Source: an uncultured Bacteroidota bacterium (GTDB lineage Bacteria; Bacteroidota; Bacteroidia; Chitinophagales; Saprospiraceae). From it: DNA of 64,000 nt. The number at the start of each line of letters is the position of its first letter. The stretch's first letter is position 1. Below the pieces are notes generated by a model. That model was not told the origin of the DNA. It saw only the letters and a program-made list of their open reading frames with translations, and searched no databases. Made by a program: the position numbers and the translations under genes. The stretch is from positions 7,159 to 71,158 of the forward strand of contig CALMWS010000074.1 of assembly GCA_937870795.1 (NCBI GenBank), written 5' to 3'. This document shows, one piece after another, positions 9,964-18,171 of this stretch.

Positions 9964-10295
9964 TGCCCCATCAATTCATCCCAATATTCAACTGCCCTGC
10001 GGGTGTGCGGAATACAAATGCTCCCACCTACCAGATTGGCAATAGAAAACACTTCAAATATCTCTTCTGTTGTCACCCCCAATTCATGGCAAGTACCCAA
10101 ATGGTATTTGATACAATCATCACACCTCAATACCATTGAAGCCACCAACCCCAACAACTCCTTAGTCTTTTCAGACAATGCTCCGGATTGATACGCCTGG
10201 TTGTCGAGACTAAAAAATCTTTTTAATACCAAATTATCCTGACCCAAAATCCGGTCATTCATCTTCTTACGGTACTCGTTAAATTCATTTACCAT
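9960..10295 (-). CDS. Carboxymuconolactone decarboxylase / AhpD-like family protein
   Basis: 111 aa with the AhpD-type CxxC motif (LRCDDCIKYHL). The length is typical of the small CMD family. Confidence 0.85.
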   Translation of the reverse strand: MVNEFNEYRKKMNDRILGQDNLVLKRFFSLDNQAYQSGALSEKTKELLGLVASMVLRCDDCIKYHLGTCHELGVTTEEIFEVFSIANLVGGSICIPHTRRAVEYWDELMGQ

Positions 10296-10328
10296 ATTTT
10301 CTCATTTAATTGTTTCAAACCCCTCTGG

Positions 10329-10403
10329 CCCCTAACTAGCCCCTAGCCCCTAATCCCTAGCCCCTAACTAGCCCCTAGCCCCTAATCCCTAGCCCCTAAA
10401 CCC
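10329..10403 (-). repeat. Tandem 32-nt repeat (2.3 copies) built from CCCCTA(A/G) sub-units; G-rich and telomere-like on the transcribed strand
   Basis: 10329-10360 and 10361-10392 are identical (cccctaactagcccctagcccctaatccctag), followed by a partial third copy. The repeat fills most of the 100-nt gap between two co-directional genes and includes the TAG stop of ORF 10396..10893. Confidence 0.9.
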
Positions 10404-10893
10404 TATTCTTCTGATTCCTCACCCTCCAGATAGAAACAATCATTCTAAAAGGCACTAATATAATAGTAATGATGGCCGACGTACTGAAAAACAAATATTC
10501 GTATTTAGCATATCGGGCCAGGCTAAGGCGGGTATCCAGATGCGCACTTTTTACCATGGGTTCAAGCCCCACTTCGTCAAGCATCCTTCTAAAATCATAG
10601 GTATCATCAACAAGCCACAGCATCAACGGGATGGAAGCAAAAACGAGGATGAATTTTACCCATAAATTGTGTGAAAAGGGTGTGAGGCGCAATAAAAACA
10701 AATACCGGGTATAAGTGATAAACAGCACTATAAAGGCGTAATTGGATTCATAATAATGAAAATTGTCGCCATAATAATCATGGATGGGACGCATGACCAA
10801 CAAGGCAATGGCCACTGCCAGCACCCAAAAAAGGATTTCAGCTAACCATTTCCATCGACCGGGCTGAGTTGACTTTGAATCAGGGATATACAT
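10396..10893 (-). CDS. Hypothetical integral membrane protein (about 4 TM)
   Basis: 165 aa with four clear hydrophobic segments and no recognisable family. A perfect -7 box lies immediately upstream. Confidence 0.7.
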   Translation of the reverse strand: MYIPDSKSTQPGRWKWLAEILFWVLAVAIALLVMRPIHDYYGDNFHYYESNYAFIVLFITYTRYLFLLRLTPFSHNLWVKFILVFASIPLMLWLVDDTYDFRRMLDEVGLEPMVKSAHLDTRLSLARYAKYEYLFFSTSAIITIILVPFRMIVSIWRVRNQKNRV

Positions 10894-10898
10894 AAAGC

Positions 10899-10906
10899 CA
10901 AAGGTA
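10899..10906 (-). promoter_or_regulatory. Bacteroidota -7 promoter box TAccTTTG for gene 10396..10893
   Basis: Exact match to TAnnTTTG on the minus strand, ending 5 nt before the ATG. This implies a leaderless or near-leaderless mRNA. No clear -33 TTG is present. Confidence 0.4.
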
Positions 10907-10970
10907 CAAAATTTGCCTTTATTGCACCCACTACCTGAGCAAGGCCGGGCGATGATATATCACATTTTTT

Positions 10971-10978
10971 TATCTTTG
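10971..10978 (+). promoter_or_regulatory. Bacteroidota -7 promoter box TAtcTTTG for tex
   Basis: Exact match to TAnnTTTG, 7 nt before the tex ATG at 10986. No clear -33 element is present. Confidence 0.4.
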
Positions 10979-10985
10979 TCGCCCT

Positions 10986-13112
10986 ATGATGACAGAAGAT
11001 TTTTATTTACCGTATATAGCCAACGCCGTTGGTGTGAAAATGGACCAGGTCAAAAAGACCCTGGATTTGTTGCAGGGAGGGGCCACCATCCCTTTCATTG
11101 CCCGCTACCGAAAAGAAGTGACCTCCCACCTGGATGAGGTAAAGATTGCTGAAATCCAACGGGCTCATCAAAAACTGGATGAATTGGTATCCCGCAAACA
11201 AACTGTGCTGGAAGCCATTGATTCTCAGGGTAAACTCACTCCTGAGCTGAGGGAGAGGATTGAAAAATGCATGGATGCCATCGAATTGGAAGACATTTAC
11301 CTCCCCTACAAAAAGAAGCGAAAAACCAAGGCCGATGTAGCCCGCGAAAAAGGTCTGGACGAATTGGCACAACTCATTTTGGCGCAAAAGGATAAAAATA
11401 TCTTTTCTGCAGCGGGTAGATTTATCAGCGATTTGGTAGCCGACGAAGAAGAAGCACTCCAGGGTGCCCGGGACATCATTGCCGAAACCGTCCATGAAAA
11501 CGAAAATTGCAGGGATTATCTGCGCAATGTGTTCAGAAAACACGGGGTGATCAGCTCAAAAGTTGTAAAAACCAAAGCAGAGGAGGCAACGGTGTACAAA
11601 GATTATTTTGAGTTTTCGGAACCCGTCCAACGCTGCCCGTCGCATCGGTATCTGGCCATGATGAGAGGAGAGCAGGAAGGCATGTTGCGGGTATTTATTG
11701 ACATCGATGAAGAGCGTGCATTGGATTGGTTGCACCGCAAATTTATTTTTACCAGGGGTGAAGCAGCCGATCAGATTTCGATGGCCATCGCTGATGGTTA
11801 TAAACGTTTAATGGTGCCATCCATTGAAAACCAGATTCGCAATGAATACAAAGAAAAGGCCGATGAAGAAGCCATAAAAGTGTTTTCAGAAAATCTGCGA
11901 CAACTATTATTGGCGGCTCCCCTGGGGCAAAAGGCTACCCTGGCCCTTGACCCTGGTTTCAGAACAGGATGTAAGTTGGTTTGCCTCAACGAAAGGGGGG
12001 ATTTGATCCACCATTCCACCATATACCCTCACCCCCCTCAAAACAACTGGGCCGAGAGCCAGGGAGCTATTCGTGCTCTTGTTGACCAGTACAAGGTGAG
12101 CAGCATAGCCATTGGCAATGGCACCGCATCACGTGAAACGAGAGACTTGGTGGAAGGCATACGTTTCGACAGGACTGTTCAAATATTTGTGGTCAGTGAA
12201 AGTGGGGCTTCTATTTACAGTGCATCGGATGTTGCGCGGGAAGAGTTTCCGGATAAAGACGTGACCGTAAGGGGAGCGATTTCCATAGGCCGGCGTTTGA
12301 TGGACCCTTTGGCTGAATTGGTGAAGATCGATCCTAAAAGTATTGGTGTAGGGCAGTACCAACACGATGTTGATCAGCTGCGTCTCAAGGAATCATTGGA
12401 TCTCACGGTAATGTCGTGTGTCAACAGTGTAGGCATCAACCTCAATACAGCCAGCAAACATTTGTTGATGTATGTATCAGGACTTGGACCCACTCTTTCT
12501 CAAAACATTGTAAAATACAGGGAAGAAAAGGGTGGTTTTACCTCCAGACAACAACTTAAAGAAGTACCAAGGTTGGGAGACAAAGCTTTTGAGCAATGTG
12601 CCGGATTTTTAAGGATCAGGGAGGCTGCCAACCCGCTTGACAATACAGCCGTGCATCCGGAGTCGTACGATGTGGTTTCAAGAATGGCAAAAGATTTGGG
12701 TGTGGAGGTTAAAAATCTGGTGGAAGACCCTGTGCTTCGAAAAAAAATTAACCTTGCAGCTTATGTAACAGAAAAGACGGGTTTACCTACCCTTCAAGAC
12801 ATCATCAAAGAACTGGAGAAACCGGGCTTGGATCCAAGGGGTGAAGCCAAAGTATTTTCTTTTGATGCTTCGGTAAAAACCATCGAGGATGTAAGGGTAG
12901 GGATGCTGTTGCCGGGCATAGTGACCAACCTTACAGCTTTTGGCGCCTTTGTAGACATTGGTGTCAAACAAGATGGCTTACTCCATATAAGTCAGATTAC
13001 CAGAAGGTACATCAAATCACCTGCTGAGGTTTTAAAACTGCATCAGGAATTGAATGTCAAAGTGGTGGAAGTAGATGTGACCCGTAAAAGAATTAACTTA
13101 TCCCTGCTCTGA
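10986..13112 (+). CDS. tex: Transcription accessory protein Tex (YqgF/HhH/S1 domains)
   Basis: 708 aa. The N-terminus carries IPFIARYRKE, there is a central YqgF-like region (LALDPGFRTGCK), and the C-terminal S1 domain reads GIVTNLTAFGAFVDIGVKQDGLLHISQI. Confidence 0.93.
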   Translation: MMTEDFYLPYIANAVGVKMDQVKKTLDLLQGGATIPFIARYRKEVTSHLDEVKIAEIQRAHQKLDELVSRKQTVLEAIDSQGKLTPELRERIEKCMDAIELEDIYLPYKKKRKTKADVAREKGLDELAQLILAQKDKNIFSAAGRFISDLVADEEEALQGARDIIAETVHENENCRDYLRNVFRKHGVISSKVVKTKAEEATVYKDYFEFSEPVQRCPSHRYLAMMRGEQEGMLRVFIDIDEERALDWLHRKFIFTRGEAADQISMAIADGYKRLMVPSIENQIRNEYKEKADEEAIKVFSENLRQLLLAAPLGQKATLALDPGFRTGCKLVCLNERGDLIHHSTIYPHPPQNNWAESQGAIRALVDQYKVSSIAIGNGTASRETRDLVEGIRFDRTVQIFVVSESGASIYSASDVAREEFPDKDVTVRGAISIGRRLMDPLAELVKIDPKSIGVGQYQHDVDQLRLKESLDLTVMSCVNSVGINLNTASKHLLMYVSGLGPTLSQNIVKYREEKGGFTSRQQLKEVPRLGDKAFEQCAGFLRIREAANPLDNTAVHPESYDVVSRMAKDLGVEVKNLVEDPVLRKKINLAAYVTEKTGLPTLQDIIKELEKPGLDPRGEAKVFSFDASVKTIEDVRVGMLLPGIVTNLTAFGAFVDIGVKQDGLLHISQITRRYIKSPAEVLKLHQELNVKVVEVDVTRKRINLSLL

Positions 13113-13113
13113 T

Positions 13114-14121
13114 CTATTTTACATTGCCCATCTTAATCAATTCACCGTTTAAGTTGACAGTGCCTCCTCCGGCAGGTGGCAACAATAGCGGAATGGAAGA
13201 CGGTATCAATTTGTAAGAAGGCACATTGTTGGGAAACTGTACGCTGAGTCCCCCGATCACCTTTTGAATGGCCACAAGGTCAGATACGGTGATAAGGCCG
13301 TTGCCATTGACATCTGCAGCTAATTTTTGAGAAGCCAAAGCGAGAGGCTGGGTACCCAATATGTGATTTCTGATGGTTACCAGATCGGTCACAGTGAGTA
13401 GCGAACTGAAGGCAGAGGCAGTAGACTCCAGGACGATTTCTGGATTGCTCATTTCCGGAATCGTAGCAGATGGGTAAACAAATTGATTGGTACCGCCAGT
13501 CAGTTGTGTGATGTTATAACTTGGGGAAGTGGCTCCAGCCGGCCTCAATACATAAGACACCCCTTGTGGCAGGGTAGGGCTTTGAAAAGATACACTCAGA
13601 TTTACATTGGATGGGGGTATGGCTTTTGTACCTCCCGCAGCGATGATGACATTGTCGAGGTTGTTGAACAACACATCATAATATACAGACTTATTTGGAG
13701 TAATCACTGCAAACATGGGTGTGCCGGTCCACAATCCAAATGTACCATTCATATAAGGGATGATGGCTGTGAGCGCTCCACCGTCTGCACTGATGCTTGG
13801 AAAAGTAAGTCCGTGCTTATTTTTATAACCTATTACCTCAGGATTGGTATCTCCCACTTTGTTGGTCAACTCAATAAACTGGACATTGCCGGTGCCGCTG
13901 CCCCATTCCACATATTTTTGTTGAACCGATGGTGCAATGGCATTACACGGCGGACAATTGACGAAAAATATCTTAAAAACCACCACTTTGCCTTTATCGA
14001 GGTAATCGGCATACAGCTTGTGTACCTTGCCTCCTGTATCGGTGACGGTGAAATCAGGAGCAAGCTGGGCAAAAGAGCTTAAACAAATGAAGGTGAAGAA
14101 AGCCAAAAGCAGTGATCTCAT
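13114..14121 (-). CDS. Secreted TlpA/redoxin-like thioredoxin-fold protein with a C-terminal dockerin-like module
   Basis: It has a signal peptide (LAFFTFICLSSFAQ) and the thioredoxin active site FFVNCPPCN. The C-terminus has two dockerin/EF-hand-like segments (TVTDLVTIRNHILG and DVNGNGLITVSDLVAIQKVIGG). Confidence 0.8.
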   Translation of the reverse strand: MRSLLLAFFTFICLSSFAQLAPDFTVTDTGGKVHKLYADYLDKGKVVVFKIFFVNCPPCNAIAPSVQQKYVEWGSGTGNVQFIELTNKVGDTNPEVIGYKNKHGLTFPSISADGGALTAIIPYMNGTFGLWTGTPMFAVITPNKSVYYDVLFNNLDNVIIAAGGTKAIPPSNVNLSVSFQSPTLPQGVSYVLRPAGATSPSYNITQLTGGTNQFVYPSATIPEMSNPEIVLESTASAFSSLLTVTDLVTIRNHILGTQPLALASQKLAADVNGNGLITVSDLVAIQKVIGGLSVQFPNNVPSYKLIPSSIPLLLPPAGGGTVNLNGELIKMGNVK

Positions 14122-14594
14122 TACTCAAAATATTGGCGGGTAAAATAAAATTTTGTCAAATATATATGAAAATCAATGAGTTGTCAAGGCTTTACGGTTG
14201 ATAAAGCACTGAAAATGACGGCATTTTATTTAAAAACCATGTTGACAAAACAAAATTTGGATTTTAATATTGAAATTAAAATTTATATTTGACAATGATT
14301 TGTGTCGATAAATCATTTCTTGAGTAGAACGCAGAAACCTTCGCAATACTAAGGGGTTTTCAGCTACGATTTATACACCTTTCTCTGGGCGCTTTTTCCG
14401 TTATAAAACGTGTTTTGCTTGTTTGTGGAAAGCAGAATTTCAATCCAATCAGGTATTCAGGTTGAATACCTGAAAGATTGTTATTTACCCCTCAAATAAG
14501 TCAGGCTAAAAAAAAATTGCAATCCGTTGTAACGAATCGAAGCTTGAAGTTCTCATAACCAAAAGTCATAAATAATAAATAATTGTGGAAACCA

Positions 14595-16307
14595 ATGCCA
14601 GGGATAAACATACATAAAATTTTGCCGTTCCTTATGATCCTCTTTTTGGGGGCATGTGCCAAAGATTCGGAGACAACAACCATTACCATTGTCAAGGATC
14701 CAACCCAATACATTATCAGCAATAGTGAGCTGGTAGTGAATGCAGAGGATGAGAATGGAAATCGAGTCGATGTCCTTTCTGCTAATTTCAATGACAGCCT
14801 GCAAATGATAGCCGGTCAATCCTTTTTTTATTTTAAGGGTCAGAATGTCAATAAAGACAATGAGCTTTTAAAGGTAACGGATTATCTGGGTCATGAACAC
14901 CAATTTAGAATCCAATCCATTGAAAATGAAGTGAATTATAGAAAAATAAATTTATTTATTAATAAACAGGAGAGTTCGTTTTTTGACAATGATCCAACAC
15001 TTTTTTTTATCGGTAGCCATAAGCTAAGCTTGCACTCGAACAATTATTCTGTAGACGGTACCACTCCCTATAATGGTCGTGTAAAGATAAGGTATAACCT
15101 TTTTGACACACAAAATAAAAACCACCTGAACTGTTTGCCCGGAGGAAATACTATGTGGGTGGATAACAGTAGAAAACTTATTCACTTCAGACTAGCCTTC
15201 GATTTTACATTATTAAGCCAGGATAATAAGAGTATACAATTAAAGTCTCCTGCGAAACTTATTTCAAATTATGCTAATCGTGGAACACTTATTTACTACA
15301 ACAAAGAGTCAGGGCTTTGGGAATTTGTGTCGAACTACCAACCAGAAAACATCAGTCAATTACCAAAACCAGGAACCTATGCCATCGCAGACCTGCAGGA
15401 TGCTTGCTTATTATCCGGGCAATGGTATAATGATGATCTGCCGGTGCAGAACGGTATGCTTACCTTTTCTTCTGGTGACTTTGGAGCAACAATCCATACT
15501 TCCAATTCAGGCAAATGGCAATTGTGGGTGCCCAAAAACAGCACCTTAACAGTGACCATGGCAGGCGATTGCGAAACGTTGGAAGAACAGATTATTGTTT
15601 CAGGTGATGACATTCAAAAACTTCCAAGATTTAACGCTACGGGCAGCTCTGGTCGAAAAATTTTGATATCCGGAACCTTTTTTGATTGTGATTTGGATTC
15701 GATGAAAAGTGGATTTATTGAATTGACATCAGCAAGTAATAAGAAGATACTTTTAATCCAATCCGGCAGTTTCAATCAACCATTCTCTTTGTGTAAAAAT
15801 GAGGCTTACACGTGCAGATTTTTCGATAGCAATATTCAGTTTTCATCAAGCTTATGGTATTTGGACAAAGATGAGATCCATTTTGGCACTTTGCCCATGT
15901 GTGAGGAATTAAAGGATGATTACATGGTATTTAGTGTGGACAATGACCAATCATATTATTCGGATATATCTGTGGATTATAGTCCTACAGTACTTCAAAT
16001 TTCGGGAAAAAGGCAAATCAATGACCCTGGCTTTAAACTCAGTTTTGAGCATCAGGGCTTAGTTGAAACGCTCAGCAATGAGGGAGGAAACATTGTGTGG
16101 CATGATGATCAGTTTGGTGGTTATGGCATTGACGTCAATTGCCCTTCTTCGTCAAACTGTGGCTTTGAAACCATCACCATCAACTACCTCAATAACCAGG
16201 ATGATTATATACGGGGAATTTTTGAAGGTCGGTTTTGGTCAAAAATCTTAAACATAAATAGTGCCGGCTATACAAGAATAAAAGGTGAATTCCAGGTTAA
16301 AAAATAA
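14595..16307 (+). CDS. Hypothetical lipoprotein
   Basis: The lipobox LFLGAC follows a hydrophobic signal. I chose the ATG at 14595 over the TTG at 14583. There is no recognisable domain, the coding sequence is very A/T-rich, and the stop lies 3 nt before the ECF sigma gene. Confidence 0.75.
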   Translation: MPGINIHKILPFLMILFLGACAKDSETTTITIVKDPTQYIISNSELVVNAEDENGNRVDVLSANFNDSLQMIAGQSFFYFKGQNVNKDNELLKVTDYLGHEHQFRIQSIENEVNYRKINLFINKQESSFFDNDPTLFFIGSHKLSLHSNNYSVDGTTPYNGRVKIRYNLFDTQNKNHLNCLPGGNTMWVDNSRKLIHFRLAFDFTLLSQDNKSIQLKSPAKLISNYANRGTLIYYNKESGLWEFVSNYQPENISQLPKPGTYAIADLQDACLLSGQWYNDDLPVQNGMLTFSSGDFGATIHTSNSGKWQLWVPKNSTLTVTMAGDCETLEEQIIVSGDDIQKLPRFNATGSSGRKILISGTFFDCDLDSMKSGFIELTSASNKKILLIQSGSFNQPFSLCKNEAYTCRFFDSNIQFSSSLWYLDKDEIHFGTLPMCEELKDDYMVFSVDNDQSYYSDISVDYSPTVLQISGKRQINDPGFKLSFEHQGLVETLSNEGGNIVWHDDQFGGYGIDVNCPSSSNCGFETITINYLNNQDDYIRGIFEGRFWSKILNINSAGYTRIKGEFQVKK

Positions 16308-16310
16308 ATA

Positions 16311-16859
16311 TTGGACGACCAGCTGATCATATTAGGATGTAAAAAAGGAGAGGAAAAGGCTTTTCGACAATTGGTAGATAAGTTTGCCGGGCAAATTATG
16401 TCTATCTGTATCAGGTATCTCAAGGATACTGCTTTGGCCAAAGATGCAACCCAGGAAACATTGATTGCAGTATTTAAATCCATTCAACAATATTCAGGGT
16501 CTGGTATGTTGGGAGGCTGGATCAGTAAGATTGCTGTTAATGTTTGTTTGAGAGAGATCAGGACCAGAAAGGTATTTACAGACATTGATTCTATCGAATT
16601 GGGATGTACAGATCATCATCAAAATCATGATTTGTTGGAAGCCGAAGACATTTTGAAATTGGTCAATGAAATGCCTGAAACTTTGAGATTGGTATTTAAT
16701 ATGAGTTTGATAGAAGGATACTCTCACCTTGAAATAGCTACTTTGTTAGGTATTTCTGAGTCAAGTAGTAGGGTGTATTTGCTTAGATCAAGGAGTTTTA
16801 TGAAAGAAAAATTGACCCACAACAGCGGAAAAGGGGTCAAAATCTTACATTTTAAATAA
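16311..16859 (+). CDS. ECF-type RNA polymerase sigma-70 factor
   Basis: 182 aa. Region 2 reads FRQLVDKFAGQIMSICIRYL...DATQETLIAVF. The region 4 helix-turn-helix reads GYSHLEIATLLGISESSSRVYLLRSR. It has an apparent TTG start. Confidence 0.9.
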   Translation: MDDQLIILGCKKGEEKAFRQLVDKFAGQIMSICIRYLKDTALAKDATQETLIAVFKSIQQYSGSGMLGGWISKIAVNVCLREIRTRKVFTDIDSIELGCTDHHQNHDLLEAEDILKLVNEMPETLRLVFNMSLIEGYSHLEIATLLGISESSSRVYLLRSRSFMKEKLTHNSGKGVKILHFK

Positions 16860-16866
16860 ACGTGTT

Positions 16867-18138
16867 ATGAGTTACAAAGAAGAAGAAATATTAAAAAAGC
16901 TGAGGGGCTGGGAAGCTGAAGTTGATAAGGAAGAAATCTGGATCAATGTAAAGCACGCCATACCTGCAAAAAAGAAGAGAAGGCCGGTTCTTTTTTTCTT
17001 TTTAGGAATAGTAGCTTTGGGTGCATTGTCGTTTAGTGGTCACTTTATTTTTAAAGAAGTATTAGCATCCGGCAATTCTGATTTTGGCAAAAAGAGCAAT
17101 TTTTCCGATTCCAACCTCTCTCAAATTAATGAGCCGTCGACAAATGATAAGATGAAAACAAAAGTAGACTTGTCGACCGGTATTAATTACAATGGTATGA
17201 ATATATCCGCAAGACCAGAATACAATAAGCATGGTAAAAATAAGTTTATTGAATCTACCTTATCGAATAACAGCACGGCATTGACCAACGAAAATAGAGA
17301 GGAAGATCTATATGTGTACAATCAGCAAATCGAATTTTCACCCTCGATCAGTAGAAGAATTGTATTGTTGGAAAGTAATAAACAAAAAGAAACGCTGCCT
17401 GAAGTAGCAATGACGAAAGCAGAAATCTCCAAAAAAGTAGTTTCGAAGTATCAGGATTTCGAATCAGGATTTGGCTATTCTATTCCGTTGTTTGTAGAGG
17501 TAAATACTTCTGAGCCAACTTATGTGGGCAAATATCTTCACGGCAGGGTACAATGGCTGAGATGGCAGTACATTCACAAGATCAGCAACAGATTTTCCTA
17601 TGGAATGTCGTTGCAATTGTTGAAAATGGCAACAGCTGTTGAGTATAAAATTAAACATACAGAGAAAATAGGCATCGTTGATACAACACAAATTATTATT
17701 GACCCATCGGGAAAACTCATTCCTGTTATTGGTAATACAGAGGCAATTGTCATTACTGAAAAGCAAGGGACAAATTATTTATCTGATTATAAACTGACCA
17801 TCATGCCTACAGTTTCCTGCTATTGGCCAATTAGTAAAAATTGGTCTTTGTCACAAAATTTAGGTCTAGGTACCGATGTACTTCAAATAAATGACCGATT
17901 GCCGTCCTATCTAATTACACAAAATGAAAGTAGTCCAAATAGAAAATCTGGCATTATACTTTGTCCTCAATTATTTTTAAGTCAAAGAGTGTCATGCAAC
18001 CTCAATAAATTTACTGAAGCGTACTTGCAATTTTCAGTTTTGTACAGGACAGAAAATTTTGCAATTCCCGGCTTGCCGGGCGCACACGACGTGGTTATAC
18101 CTGCAGTAGGTTTAGGCTTAACCGTTCGCAGATCTTAA
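16867..18138 (+). CDS. Membrane-anchored anti-sigma-like protein with a C-terminal beta-barrel-like domain
   Basis: 423 aa, starting 7 nt after the sigma gene. It has a short cytoplasmic N-terminus, one TM (VLFFFLGIVALGALSFSGHFIF), a low-complexity linker, and a Gly/aromatic-rich C-terminal half resembling OMP beta-barrel (PorT-like) proteins. There is no zinc-finger anti-sigma motif, so the anti-sigma role is inferred from position only. Confidence 0.65.
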   Translation: MSYKEEEILKKLRGWEAEVDKEEIWINVKHAIPAKKKRRPVLFFFLGIVALGALSFSGHFIFKEVLASGNSDFGKKSNFSDSNLSQINEPSTNDKMKTKVDLSTGINYNGMNISARPEYNKHGKNKFIESTLSNNSTALTNENREEDLYVYNQQIEFSPSISRRIVLLESNKQKETLPEVAMTKAEISKKVVSKYQDFESGFGYSIPLFVEVNTSEPTYVGKYLHGRVQWLRWQYIHKISNRFSYGMSLQLLKMATAVEYKIKHTEKIGIVDTTQIIIDPSGKLIPVIGNTEAIVITEKQGTNYLSDYKLTIMPTVSCYWPISKNWSLSQNLGLGTDVLQINDRLPSYLITQNESSPNRKSGIILCPQLFLSQRVSCNLNKFTEAYLQFSVLYRTENFAIPGLPGAHDVVIPAVGLGLTVRRS

Positions 18139-18171
18139 AATAATATCAATAATCAACAAAAATCTATAAAT

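Noticed and set aside
10329-10403. Possible CRISPR array or telomere remnant.
   Set aside because: The units are directly adjacent with no spacers, there are only 2.3 copies, and there are no cas genes in the window. I keep it as a tandem repeat or G4 candidate instead.
10913-11137. A 74-aa ORF overlapping the tex start.
   Set aside because: It is an out-of-frame overlap with a strongly supported gene. Its Pro/Arg-rich translation is typical of an off-frame read.
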